The notes beneath the pieces were generated by a model. That model was given only the letters and a program-made list of their open reading frames with translations. It did not search any database and was not told the DNA's origin. The translations under genes and the position numbers were made by a program. This document shows, piece after piece, positions 9,758-19,772 of a stretch of 64,000 bases of DNA; the first letter of the stretch is position 1, and every line of letters starts with the position of its first letter. The DNA lies in NCBI GenBank assembly GCA_965207065.1, contig OZ242260.1:3712001-3776000 (forward strand), read 5' to 3'. The stretch is from a bacterium (GTDB lineage Bacteria > UBA8248).

Positions 9758-10942
9758 TTAATCCTTCTGGGAACCGATCAGCGTGAATTTACCGCCCTTG
9801 ACCTGCCAGAAATAAACCGGTTTCTTGACCGTGTGATCATCGTTGATGGTCACCGTATTGGTCAAAGGCTGCTCGAACGTCTTTATTGCCACCAGCGCCT
9901 TGCGCATGTTTTCGCCGGTGATCGGCAGCTTCTTGTCCAGCACCCATTTGTAGAGCGCCGCCACGATGTAGGGCGCATCGTAGAAATACTGCGTGTAGGG
10001 CAGCCCGATGGGCATGCGCTTGTACGCCTTTTTCCAGCGCTCGATATAGGCGGGCAGGTTCTTGTTGTCTTCCACGCTGGGGGCCAGCGCGGTCACGATG
10101 ATGCCCTCCGCGCCCTTGCCCAACTGCTGGATCATTTTGGGGTTGAAAGCCGTCTGATAGCTGGTGATCTGGGTCTTCACGCCGAGCTGACGCATTTGCG
10201 CGACGACGGCCGTGAAATCGCGGATCACGCTGTGGATGTGGATGATGTCGGGATTCGCCGCTTTCACCTTGAGCACCAGGCCGGTGAAGTCCGAACGCTC
10301 CTGTTCGTACGACTCGAAAACGACGACTTTGCCGCCGGCCTTCTTGAAGCTGTTGCTGAATACCTTGGCCCCGTCACGGCCCGTCTCGTGGTTCACGTGC
10401 AAGACGGCGGCGCGGCGCTTGCCCATCTTCTGAAAGGCGTATTTGCCCAAGGCGTTCATATCCACGTCCGCCAGCGGGAAAGTCGTATAGACGTAATCGC
10501 CCAGGCGCGCGATGGCCGGCGCGTTTGCCCCTACGCTGAGCATCAGCACCTTTTCACGGTTGGCGATGGGGGCGACCGCCTTGACCACGTTGCTGAACGC
10601 GGTGATGTATACTGGCACCTTCTCAACATGGACGAAGCGGTTGACCACCGCGATGCCGACCTCCGGCTTCGCCTGGTGATCCAGAATGATGGCTTCGAGC
10701 GGATGTCCGTTGACGCCGCCCTTGGCGTTGATGTCCTCGACCGCCCAGCGGACCGCCTGCATCTGGTCCTTGCCGAAAATCGCGGCGGGCCCGGTCAACG
10801 GATCGGCGACCCCGAAGCGAAGCGGTTTCTTCTTGGCCGCTGACGCGTCACCGGCGAGCGGGCCGCCCAGCAAACCAATCGCTACGACGAGCGCAACCCA
10901 GAAAGTGGCGCGTTTCAAAAAGCGCGAAAAAATGTGGTTCAT
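9758..10942 (-). CDS. ABC transporter substrate-binding protein (LivJ/K-like)
   Basis: Signal peptide; PLTGPAA, INAKGGVNG motifs; GGAG RBS before ATG 10942. Confidence 0.93.
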   Translation of the reverse strand: MNHIFSRFLKRATFWVALVVAIGLLGGPLAGDASAAKKKPLRFGVADPLTGPAAIFGKDQMQAVRWAVEDINAKGGVNGHPLEAIILDHQAKPEVGIAVVNRFVHVEKVPVYITAFSNVVKAVAPIANREKVLMLSVGANAPAIARLGDYVYTTFPLADVDMNALGKYAFQKMGKRRAAVLHVNHETGRDGAKVFSNSFKKAGGKVVVFESYEQERSDFTGLVLKVKAANPDIIHIHSVIRDFTAVVAQMRQLGVKTQITSYQTAFNPKMIQQLGKGAEGIIVTALAPSVEDNKNLPAYIERWKKAYKRMPIGLPYTQYFYDAPYIVAALYKWVLDKKLPITGENMRKALVAIKTFEQPLTNTVTINDDHTVKKPVYFWQVKGGKFTLIGSQKD

Positions 10943-11103
10943 CGACTTTTCTCCCGTGTGGATGTGAACCTCGTTATTCGGTTGTTTGGCAGTCCGAAAA
11001 TTACAACACGGCCCCTTGAGCCTTGTCAATGTATTGGCGGGAGAAGCCGTAAAGCCAATGGGCGCCAGGATAAGGGAAATTCTGATGGTTGGCGGTGTAG
11101 ACG

Positions 11104-12177
11104 TCATCTCCCGTGGGCACGGTGGTACTGGTCAGCGACATAGGCCTCATCCGACACACCGAGTGCTGCGGCTGCTTTTTGCGGCCAGTAGGGCTCGCGC
11201 AGCATCTCGCGCGCCATGAATACGATGTCGGCCTCGCCATTTCGGACAATCTGATCCGCCTGCCACGCCTGGGTGATCATCCCCACCGTGGCTGTGGGTA
11301 TATCGGCCCCCGAACGCACGGCTTGCGATAGCGGCGCCTGATAACCCGGCCCCACGGGAATCTTCGCCAGCGGCGTTCCCCCGCCCCCGCTGCAATCGAT
11401 GAGGTCGATTCCTTCGATCTTGAGTATTTTTGCGAGTTCAATCGTTTCATCGAGCGTCCAGCCGCCCTCGAAATAGTCGGTGCATGAGAGGCGGATGGCC
11501 AGCGGTTTCTCTTCCGGCCATTGTTCCCTCACGATTCGAACGGTCTCCAACGTGAAGCGTATGCGATTCTCGAAGCTCCCGCCGTAGTTATCGTCTCTGT
11601 GGTTCGAAACCGGGGAGTGGAAGCTGTGGAAGAGATATCCGTGCGCGCCGTGAATCTCGAGCCATTCGAAACCCGCTTCGTCGGCGCGCCTCGCGCCCTG
11701 GCGAAACGCTTCCTGAATCCCAGCGATCTCATCGGTGCTCAGCGCCTTGGGCACGCGCGCCTTCTCGTGAAACGGAATAGCGCTCGGCGCCACGATCTCC
11801 CAGCCGCCCTCCTCGTCGGAGAGATAACCCCCGCCCTCCCAGGTGGGCGCGCAACTGCCCTTTCGGCCCGCGTGCCCTATCTGAATCCCGGCGACGGCCC
11901 CCTGGCCGGTGACGAACCGCGCAACCCGCGCCAGTGGCTCGACGTGTTCATCCGACCAGATGCCCGAGCACCCCCGCGTGATGCGCCCACGCGCCTCCAC
12001 GTTCGTCATCTCGACCATCACCAGACCCGCGCCGCCGACCGCGCGGGCGCCCAGGTGCACGAGGTGCCAGTCGGTGAGTTTGCCGTCATCCGCGCTGTAT
12101 TGACACATGGGAGATACGCAAATCCGGTTTCTGAGCGTAACGCTCCGCAAAGAGAATTCATCGAAAAGTTTGGCCAT
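11104..12177 (-). CDS. NADH:flavin oxidoreductase / old yellow enzyme (YqjM/NamA-like)
   Basis: SPMCQYS, HAGRK, EIHGAHGYL, NHRDDNYGGSFENRIRF motifs. Confidence 0.95.
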   Translation of the reverse strand: MAKLFDEFSLRSVTLRNRICVSPMCQYSADDGKLTDWHLVHLGARAVGGAGLVMVEMTNVEARGRITRGCSGIWSDEHVEPLARVARFVTGQGAVAGIQIGHAGRKGSCAPTWEGGGYLSDEEGGWEIVAPSAIPFHEKARVPKALSTDEIAGIQEAFRQGARRADEAGFEWLEIHGAHGYLFHSFHSPVSNHRDDNYGGSFENRIRFTLETVRIVREQWPEEKPLAIRLSCTDYFEGGWTLDETIELAKILKIEGIDLIDCSGGGGTPLAKIPVGPGYQAPLSQAVRSGADIPTATVGMITQAWQADQIVRNGEADIVFMAREMLREPYWPQKAAAALGVSDEAYVADQYHRAHGR

Positions 12178-12211
12178 CTTTCCTCTCACCCTTGGGAAAC
12201 TGAAATTCAAG

Positions 12212-12251
12212 AAAAATCCTCCGGGCGGCTTGGGAATCCCGCCCGGAGGAT
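12212..12251 (-). terminator. Rho-independent terminator after SDR
   Basis: 13-bp stem ATCCTCCGGGCGG/CCGCCCGGAGGAT followed by a T-run on the minus strand. Confidence 0.7.
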
Positions 12252-12271
12252 AAAAAGGCGCACAGCGTCGT

Positions 12272-13060
12272 TTACGGCGTCGCCCTGCGGCTGCCGCCAT
12301 CCATGTAAATGGAACTACCATTCACGTAAGAACACGCGGCGGAGGCCAGGAACACCGCGACGTTCGCCACTTCCTCGGGTTCGGCGATTCTTCCAGCCGG
12401 CGTCCTCGCGCCGACTTCTTTCAAGAACTCCTCCACGTCCTTGCCCGCCTTGTCTGCGGGTCCCTGCATGAGGTCACGCGCGCGCTGCGTGTTCGTCATG
12501 CCCGGACAGAGAGTATTCACCTGAATCCCCTCCCCCGCCACGGCGTCCGAGAGCGCTCTCGTGTTGTTGAGCACCGTGATGTTCGCCGCGCTCGTGGGGA
12601 TGTTCCCCCGCGCGGGACTCGCGCCTGCACCGCCCGCGATGTTCACGATGCGGCCCCAGCCGTTTTTCTTCATGTGGGGAATCACCAACTGGGACATTCG
12701 CAGATACCCGTACGTCTTGAGCGTAAGCGCTTCAGTGATGAACTCCGCGTCGAGTTCAAGAATATCTCCGCCCCGCGCCGCGCCCGCGCTGTTGATGAGA
12801 ATGTCCACACCGCCGAAATTCGCGACGCACGCATCGACTACCTTCTTGCAGCCATCGAGTGAATTCAGATCGGAGGAGACGGACATGCCCTCGCCCCCGG
12901 CGGCATTCACATCTTCCACCGCCGTAGCCAAAAGCGCCCCATCGCGCGCCGTGACGCACACGCGGGCACCCTCTTTCGCCAGCGCGATAGCGCATTCGCG
13001 GCCGATGCCCCGGCTCGCGCCCGTCACGATAGCAATCTTTCCCGTCAAACCTAGGTCCAT
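12272..13060 (-). CDS. SDR family oxidoreductase (atypical active site)
   Basis: MDLGLTGKIAIVTGASRGIG, NSAG; PTSAAN in place of YxxxK. Confidence 0.92.
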   Translation of the reverse strand: MDLGLTGKIAIVTGASRGIGRECAIALAKEGARVCVTARDGALLATAVEDVNAAGGEGMSVSSDLNSLDGCKKVVDACVANFGGVDILINSAGAARGGDILELDAEFITEALTLKTYGYLRMSQLVIPHMKKNGWGRIVNIAGGAGASPARGNIPTSAANITVLNNTRALSDAVAGEGIQVNTLCPGMTNTQRARDLMQGPADKAGKDVEEFLKEVGARTPAGRIAEPEEVANVAVFLASAACSYVNGSSIYMDGGSRRATP

Positions 13061-13107
13061 CTTATTCTCCTTAGAAAATCATGAATAAATGATGAAAAGG
13101 AAATTCC

Positions 13108-14196
13108 TTACGCCAGCACGAGCTGGCAAGGGTTCGTGGCCCGGTACTCGGCCTTCTTGTTGGTGATCTCCATCACTCGGGGCAAATTTTCGATACCGTG
13201 CTCCTCGTGCGTGATGAGAGAGCGCACGTCGATCCTTCCGCTGGCCACCCACTTTCCCCCCAGAGCCACGGTGTCCGCGCCATGACCTTCCGGGAAAATC
13301 CACTGAATCCCCTGTGCGCGCATGAAGACCGGGTCGAATTTCACATCTCCGATGAGGCCGGCAATCTGGAGAACGCGCCCGCCGATGCGCACCATCCGCG
13401 TCGCCTGATGAAGCGTAGTATGGCCCGAGAGACCCTGATCCGCATTGCCGCCGGCGCACTCGAATACGAGGTCGACGCCCCTGCCTTCGGTTACCTCCAT
13501 CACCTTCTCGACAGGGTCGTCTGATCTCGCGTCGATGACTTCATCCGCACCGAACTTGCGGCTCAAGGCAAGGGCCTCGTCTTTCACATCGCTGACATAG
13601 ACGGCCCCCGCTCCGCAGGTGCGCGCGGCCTGTAAGGCATAAAGACCCATGACCCCCTGGCCGGTGATGGCCACTGTCTCGCCCGTCTGAATCTTCGCAT
13701 CGCGCATGGCGGCGACCGTGGAGGAAAGCGGCTGCAGACAGGCGATGGAAGTATCGTCCAGCGTTTGCGGCGGCCTCACGAGGCCGTGCGCCGGAAGCGA
13801 GATATATTCGGCGAACGCGCCCGGCGTGTTGATTCCCACGTGCAGCTTGTCGATGCAGTACATCTCCCGGCCCTCGCGGCAGAAACTGCACGCAAGACAC
13901 GGAACGTGGCCCGAGGTGCAGACCCTGTCGCCAGGAGCTAAATGCTCGACGCCATCACCCACCTCGACGACTTCCGCGCTCATCTCATGGCCCAGCAACT
14001 GCACGGGTGCGTATTTGTCGAGCATTTCCCTCAAGAGCGCCGAATTGATGGTTCCGACCCCCAAAGACCTCTGCACGTCGGTGATGCTCGGCTGCACCCG
14101 CCGCACCTTGCACACGGCCCAGCCCGGCTTCACTTCGGGGTCTGGCACCTCATCGAGCCTCATATCGCCAAAGGCGTAGAAACGCCATGCTTTCAT
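13108..14196 (-). CDS. zinc-dependent alcohol dehydrogenase (MDR family)
   Basis: GHE motif, CLACSFC...C structural Zn site, GQGVMG Rossmann motif; GGAGG RBS before ATG 14196. Confidence 0.92.
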   Translation of the reverse strand: MKAWRFYAFGDMRLDEVPDPEVKPGWAVCKVRRVQPSITDVQRSLGVGTINSALLREMLDKYAPVQLLGHEMSAEVVEVGDGVEHLAPGDRVCTSGHVPCLACSFCREGREMYCIDKLHVGINTPGAFAEYISLPAHGLVRPPQTLDDTSIACLQPLSSTVAAMRDAKIQTGETVAITGQGVMGLYALQAARTCGAGAVYVSDVKDEALALSRKFGADEVIDARSDDPVEKVMEVTEGRGVDLVFECAGGNADQGLSGHTTLHQATRMVRIGGRVLQIAGLIGDVKFDPVFMRAQGIQWIFPEGHGADTVALGGKWVASGRIDVRSLITHEEHGIENLPRVMEITNKKAEYRATNPCQLVLA

Positions 14197-14322
14197 GGTT
14201 GCGAACCCTCCACTTGTAAAGGCAAACTCACCGCAATAGCTCTTAACACTCTTTTCCCCATCCGCCAAGATAAGAATGGGGATTTGTTCGCGCGCGGCTC
14301 TCTGCCCGCGCAGGGAGAAAAC

Positions 14323-15372
14323 ATGCCGGACACCAAGGTTCACGCGAAAGACCTCCTCGCCTATCTCGCGCGCGTTTACCAGGCCCTCGGTCTCCCCGAG
14401 CCCGATGCCAATGCTTGCGCGGCCCAGATTGTGGATGCCGAACTCAGAGGCGTAAGCTCGCACGGGTGTGTTCGCTTCGGGGTTTTTGTGGAACGCCTGA
14501 AAAAAGGGACGGCGAACCCGAGGCCAAACGTGCGAACCATCACGGATCTGCCCGCTTACTCTCTGCTCGATGGAGACCATGGCATGAGCGCCGTCGTCGC
14601 GCGTCGCGCCATGGAAGTCGCCATCGAGAAGGCGAAGGCCGGCGGCATCGGCGCTGCCGCCATCCGCAATTCCTCCCATACCGGCCACATCGGCTATTTC
14701 GCCGCCATGGCGTTGGAACACAACATGATCGGGGTAGTCATCAGCGGCGCGGTGGGAAATCTCGCACCGTGGGGTGGGTTCGAGCGAATGATCGGGAACA
14801 ATCCGGTGGCCTTTGCGGTTCCCTCAAACCAGGAATATCCCATCCTCTTCGACATCGCTACCTCGAAAGTGGCGAGAGGCTACGTGCTCCTGGCCGCCAG
14901 AACGGGCGAGCCGATTCCCGAGGGCTGGGCGCTCGACTCTTCTGGCAATCCGACCACGGACGCTGCCCTCGCCGCCAAGGGGACCATGCTGCCCCTGGGC
15001 GATTACAAGGGATACGGCCTGGCGCTCATGTTCACTTTTCTGACGGGGGCTTTGAGCGGGAACGGCTTCGACGCCGATCAGCCCGACTGGCTGGAGACGG
15101 ATAAACCCTTCGGTCTGCCCATGTTCGCCATGGCGATTGACCCGGAGAGATGCCTGGGCGGCGACTACAAGGCGGCGGTGGATGAGGCCGTGACGCGCAT
15201 CAAGGCCTCGGGCCTGGCGCCGGGATTCGACGAAATCCGCATCCCCGGCGAAGGCGCTCACCGCAGGTACCAGGCCGCATTGTCCGAGGGAATCACGATC
15301 AAAGAAGCGCTCGCCCAGGATCTGGACTGGATTGCGGCGGAGGTGGGTGTGGCGCCCTTGTCCGGGGGCTGA
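14323..15372 (+). CDS. Ldh_2 family (malate/L-lactate/L-sulfolactate dehydrogenase-like) oxidoreductase
   Basis: DAELRGVSSHG, NSSH, GNNPVA, DIATS, YKGYGL, IPGE motifs. Confidence 0.93.
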   Translation: MPDTKVHAKDLLAYLARVYQALGLPEPDANACAAQIVDAELRGVSSHGCVRFGVFVERLKKGTANPRPNVRTITDLPAYSLLDGDHGMSAVVARRAMEVAIEKAKAGGIGAAAIRNSSHTGHIGYFAAMALEHNMIGVVISGAVGNLAPWGGFERMIGNNPVAFAVPSNQEYPILFDIATSKVARGYVLLAARTGEPIPEGWALDSSGNPTTDAALAAKGTMLPLGDYKGYGLALMFTFLTGALSGNGFDADQPDWLETDKPFGLPMFAMAIDPERCLGGDYKAAVDEAVTRIKASGLAPGFDEIRIPGEGAHRRYQAALSEGITIKEALAQDLDWIAAEVGVAPLSGG

Positions 15373-15523
15373 GCGTGATGAAAACCCCCGCCTTTGTTGA
15401 AGTGTCGGCTCCCATGCGCTAGTTTTATGACTCGTTGATTGGACGTTTCTCAATTATCCGTCACATGACTGGGTGCGAGGCGTTTTCGCGCCCTGAATTT
15501 TTGGAATTTTTGAAGGAGAAGAC

Positions 15524-15817
15524 ATGCCGGTAACTGCGATGATCATCGAAGATGGAGACAACGTCGCCACCTGCCTTGAAAAGGTGGCGAAGGGAGGCTC
15601 CGTCCGCCTCATGCTCAACGGAAAGATGGGCAAGACGCTCAAGGCCAATCAGGCGATTCCCTACATCCACAAAATCTGCATCAAGACGCTGAAAAAGGGC
15701 GAGCACTGCATGAAATACGGGCTGTCCATCGGCGTGGCGAGCAAAGATATCAAGGTTGGCGACTACATTCACGTTCATAACATAGAGAGCGCCCGCGGCC
15801 GCGGCGACCTCGCGTAG
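15524..15817 (+). CDS. UxaA-family SAF-domain small subunit (SuyA-like)
   Basis: DNVAT, IPYIHK, KYG, GDYIHVHNIES motifs; AAGGAG RBS. Confidence 0.9.
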   Translation: MPVTAMIIEDGDNVATCLEKVAKGGSVRLMLNGKMGKTLKANQAIPYIHKICIKTLKKGEHCMKYGLSIGVASKDIKVGDYIHVHNIESARGRGDLA

Positions 15818-15832
15818 AGAAGGAGGTCGACC

Positions 15833-17041
15833 ATGGCCAGAAGAAACGGAACGGGCGCAACATCAAAACGTTTGAGAAAAACCTGGTGGGGATACCCCCG
15901 GGAAAACGGGGACGTGGGCGCGAGGAACTACCTGCTCCTGCTGAGCGGCACCCTTTACGCCAACCCCACGTGCGAGCGCGTCGCCAGAACCCTGCGGCAT
16001 AGCGTCGCCCTCACCCACCCGCTGGGCCGCTGCCAGATAGGCCCCGACATCCAGCGCACGTTCGAGACCCTCGTCGGACACGGACAGAACGCCAACGCGG
16101 GCGCCGTGATCGTCATTGATCATCACCGCGAGGAAGGCTGCACGGCGGACGAAATAGCCCATGAAATCGCCAAAACGGGAAAACGGGTGGAGGCGATCAA
16201 CATCCGCGAAGACGGCGGCGCGATAGACGCCACCGCCAAGGCCACGCGCATCGGCATGGAGATGCTCCGAGAGCTCACGAACGAACGCCGCCAGGAAGTT
16301 TCCTTGAGCAAACTCCTGCTGGGGCTCAACTGCGGAACGTCGGACACCACGTCAGGCCTCTCCCACAACAAGGCAACCGGCTGGGTGACGAACCAGGTGG
16401 TCAAGCTGGGCGGACGCGCGCTTCTGGCCGAGACCACGGAGATGATGGGCGGCGAGGATGTGCTGGCCGCCAAATGCGTGAGGCCGGCTCTGGGCAAGCG
16501 CATCTGGAGGATGGTGGAGGAAATGGAAGAGCGCATCCTCGCCTGCGGCGTGGATCTCAGGGGCAGCCAGCCCACGGGCGACAACATGGAGGGCGGCCTG
16601 ACCACGATTGAAGAAAAATCCCTGGGCGCCATCCAGAAGGCGGGCTCCGCCCCCATCGTGGACGTGATCCCGTGGGCGAAGCGCGCGAACCGCAGAAGCG
16701 GACTCCACGTGATGGACACCCCGGGCCATGGGGGAGAGTCCATCACCGGCATCGCAGCGGGCGGCTCGCAGGTACTCATTTTCTCAACAGGCGGCGGCCA
16801 CACCATCAACCACCCCCTGATGAGCACCATCCGCATCACGGGCAATCCGCTCTCGGCGAGGCTTCAGGCCGACACCACGGACGTGGACGTGACGGACATC
16901 TTCGAGGGCGCGCCCATCGAGGTGGCGGGACGGCGCGTCTATGACGAGGTGATCGACGTCGCAAGCGGGAAAATGACGAAAGCCGAAATTTTACATGAGG
17001 ATAACGCCTTCGCCATCAACAGGATCGGGCCCAGCGTCTAG
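15833..17041 (+). CDS. UxaA-family dehydratase/sulfo-lyase large subunit (SuyB-like)
   Basis: GYPRENGDVGARN, CGTSDTTSG, GNMEGGLTTIEEKSLG, MDTPG, FSTG motifs. Confidence 0.92.
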   Translation: MARRNGTGATSKRLRKTWWGYPRENGDVGARNYLLLLSGTLYANPTCERVARTLRHSVALTHPLGRCQIGPDIQRTFETLVGHGQNANAGAVIVIDHHREEGCTADEIAHEIAKTGKRVEAINIREDGGAIDATAKATRIGMEMLRELTNERRQEVSLSKLLLGLNCGTSDTTSGLSHNKATGWVTNQVVKLGGRALLAETTEMMGGEDVLAAKCVRPALGKRIWRMVEEMEERILACGVDLRGSQPTGDNMEGGLTTIEEKSLGAIQKAGSAPIVDVIPWAKRANRRSGLHVMDTPGHGGESITGIAAGGSQVLIFSTGGGHTINHPLMSTIRITGNPLSARLQADTTDVDVTDIFEGAPIEVAGRRVYDEVIDVASGKMTKAEILHEDNAFAINRIGPSV

Positions 17042-17173
17042 GAGATTCTTCACCAGCCCCGGAGGATGCGCTCCGTGGATCTATCCGGAGAAACGTTGCG
17101 TGGGAACTCCCATTCAGGGAGGATTCGACATTTCGCGGCAGGCAGCGAAGATTCCCTTTGCCCGGCGTTTTAG

Positions 17174-17749
17174 GTGATGAAACCCCTCCCCTACGCCGAG
17201 GCCATCGCGAAGCTCGCCGAAGAAGAACGGGGAGACGGCTGGCTCGCATTCTGTGAGAGGGAAAACATCTTCCAGCTTTCCGTGGTCGAATGGCTCGATG
17301 CGCTGAGGGAGGAAATCTTAGCCCTCGCTCCCGATACGCTTCTCGAAGTAGGAGCTGGCAACGGCACAATCGGAAAAGCGCTGCAGGCGCGCGGCGTGAA
17401 TTTGATTCTGACCGACCCGGTCGGACGCGACGGGGTCGTAGCCCTGGACGCGCGGGATGCGCTCCTCGCCCATGCGCCTGATTTCGTGTTCTCCTGCTGG
17501 CTGCCTTTTGATTCAGGCGCCGAGAAACAGATATTGGACACAAAAAACCTCCGGTGGTATCTGGCCGTGGTGCAGCAGGGACCGGGCTACGCAGGAAGTG
17601 AAGTGCTATGGGACACTCCTGGCTGGAGCGTGCGGGAATTGAGCGAGATGAACCGCTGGTCGGTTTCACGCGCCGATTTTCTGAGCGAGGTCGACTCCGG
17701 CGAGCACGTTCGGCACGGAATGGCCTATCTGTTCACGCGTGAGGATTGA
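17174..17749 (+). CDS. hypothetical protein, SAM-dependent methyltransferase-like fold
   Basis: LLEVGAGNG motif I; abuts the next gene. Confidence 0.6.
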   Translation: MMKPLPYAEAIAKLAEEERGDGWLAFCERENIFQLSVVEWLDALREEILALAPDTLLEVGAGNGTIGKALQARGVNLILTDPVGRDGVVALDARDALLAHAPDFVFSCWLPFDSGAEKQILDTKNLRWYLAVVQQGPGYAGSEVLWDTPGWSVRELSEMNRWSVSRADFLSEVDSGEHVRHGMAYLFTRED

Positions 17750-18796
17750 ATGAGCGGGCACACGACTGGCGAGAAGCTCCAAGTCTTCTTGAACCGGATC
17801 TTCACCAAGCTGGGCATGCCGGAAGAAGACGCCGCATGGACTGCGGATACACTTGTGACGGCCGAGCTGCGCGGCGTCACCAGCCACGGCGTGATCCGCA
17901 TGCCGCACTACGCCAGGCGTCTGGAAATCAACCTGGCGAACCCGGCACCTGATTTCAAAGTTGTGAAAGACGCAGGCGCCTTGGCCCTCGCAGACGGCGA
18001 CAACGGCATGGGGCAGGTGGTTTCCAAACGCGCGATGGAAGAAGCCATCACCCGCGCCCGAACCCACAACGTGGGCGTCGTTCTGCTCAAGGAGAGCAAC
18101 CATTTCGGCGCCGCCGCTACATACGCGGCCATGGCCCCTGAGGCGGGTATGGTAGGCCTCGTGACGACGAATACGCTGCGCGTCCTGCCCCCTGCAGGAG
18201 GAAAAGAACCAAAGATCGGCAATAATCCCATCTCGGTCGCTCTGCCAAGCGACCCGCCCATGGTGCTGGACATGGCCCTCTCCGTCGTGGCGAGAGGCTA
18301 CATTATCGAGGCGGCGCGCGCGGGCGAACTCATTCCCGAGGGCTGGGGGCTGGACAAGGAGGGAAGGCCAACTACCAATCCGCAAGAAGTTCTCGAAAGT
18401 TCCTTACTCTCGCCGATTGCAGGCTACAAGGGGAGCGGGCTTTCCATCGCCATCGACGCCATATTGGGTTCCCTCGCAGGTGGAGGCCACAGCCACGAGA
18501 TCGTGGGCATCAACGAGTTTCACGGAAAAAGCCGCGTCACGAGCATTTTCGCCGCCGTCAACGTCGAGGCGCTGCTGCCATTGTCGCAATTCCGGGCCGC
18601 CGCCAACGCCTTTATTTCCATCATCAAGGCAACGCCCAAGGCGGCGGGCGTGGAGACGATTTTCATTCCGGGCGAAATCGAACATCAAAGCGAGACGAAG
18701 CGCCGACGCGACGGGTTCGAGCTATCGGCCGAACGGCTCGACGAACTCGATGAAATCGCCCGAAGGCTCGACCTCCCCCCGCTGGAGCGTGGATAA
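17750..18796 (+). CDS. Ldh_2 family oxidoreductase (second paralogue)
   Basis: AELRGVTSHG, SNHFG, GNNPIS, YKGSGL, IPGE motifs. Confidence 0.93.
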   Translation: MSGHTTGEKLQVFLNRIFTKLGMPEEDAAWTADTLVTAELRGVTSHGVIRMPHYARRLEINLANPAPDFKVVKDAGALALADGDNGMGQVVSKRAMEEAITRARTHNVGVVLLKESNHFGAAATYAAMAPEAGMVGLVTTNTLRVLPPAGGKEPKIGNNPISVALPSDPPMVLDMALSVVARGYIIEAARAGELIPEGWGLDKEGRPTTNPQEVLESSLLSPIAGYKGSGLSIAIDAILGSLAGGGHSHEIVGINEFHGKSRVTSIFAAVNVEALLPLSQFRAAANAFISIIKATPKAAGVETIFIPGEIEHQSETKRRRDGFELSAERLDELDEIARRLDLPPLERG

Positions 18797-19698
18797 TGAG
18801 CGACCCTACTCCTCAGGCCTTATCCGAGGCGGCCTCTCAATTTGCTCGCGAGGCGGGAGAAATCCTGATGGGGCTTTTCGGCAAGCAGGTGGAAGTGGAT
18901 TACAAGAACAAGGCCGAAACCGACCCGGTGAGCGAAGCCGACCGCGCAAGCCAGGAGTTTCTCACGAAAGCGATAAACAAAAAATTTCCGGCGCATGGCG
19001 TACTGGGCGAGGAAAAACCCAAAGACGAGGAAGAGGCAAAAAAACAGGGTGCGCGCGAAGTGCCCGAATATTTGTGGGTTCTGGATCCGCTCGACGGTAC
19101 GAAAAATTTCCTGAACGGACTGCACGTCTGGGGCTGTTCCGTGGGCGTCTTGAAGCGCGGACGCTCCATTGCGGGCGCGATTTTCACGCCCGAGGACAAA
19201 GGCACCATCTACCATGCTTACGAAGGCGGCGGAGCGTTCCGCAACGATCACCGGATCGAAGTGGCGCAAGAGGACAAACCCACCGGAAAGCGCATCGCCG
19301 CCCTGCCCGGCTCCTACTGGACGCAATTCCGCCCGACGGGGCCGCTCAAAAAGAACCTGGGCGAAGTGCGCGCCACCGGATCGATGTGCTACGAGCAGGC
19401 CCTCGTGGCGCGCGGAGGCCTGCACTATACGCTTTTCGGCGTTCCCAGCATCTGGGATGTGGCGGCGGGCGCGATTATCGTGAAAGAGGCGGGGGGCATG
19501 ACGCTCGCCCGGCGTGACCGCACGAACCAATGGCGGGAGCTGGATTGCTTCTTCTCCGAGGAGAACACACCGAAAGACCTGGACGCCGCCCGCAAGTGGC
19601 GGCAATCCTTGCTTATCGGAAACCCCGCCCTCGTTCAATACATCGCAAAACACATCAAGAAAGTGAACCGGCGCAGGCCCGGTCGCAAGAACCGTTAG
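18796..19698 (+). CDS. inositol monophosphatase family protein
   Basis: GEE, WVLDPLDGTKNF, WDVAAG motifs. Confidence 0.95.
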   Translation: MSDPTPQALSEAASQFAREAGEILMGLFGKQVEVDYKNKAETDPVSEADRASQEFLTKAINKKFPAHGVLGEEKPKDEEEAKKQGAREVPEYLWVLDPLDGTKNFLNGLHVWGCSVGVLKRGRSIAGAIFTPEDKGTIYHAYEGGGAFRNDHRIEVAQEDKPTGKRIAALPGSYWTQFRPTGPLKKNLGEVRATGSMCYEQALVARGGLHYTLFGVPSIWDVAAGAIIVKEAGGMTLARRDRTNQWRELDCFFSEENTPKDLDAARKWRQSLLIGNPALVQYIAKHIKKVNRRRPGRKNR

Positions 19699-19772
19699 CA
19701 ACCTCTGAGAGTAGAGGCATTTTCCTCTATTCTACTTCAATTTAATTTTATAACAATTTGATATATATCTTT

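Noticed and set aside
12272-13060. SDR lacking YxxxK as a possible pseudogene
   Set aside because: The ORF is intact, and atypical SDR subfamilies with this substitution are known.
13942-14721. Apparent head-to-head overlap of the Zn-ADH and Ldh_2 ORFs
   Set aside because: An artefact of longest-ORF starts; RBS-supported starts at 14196 and 14323 do not overlap.
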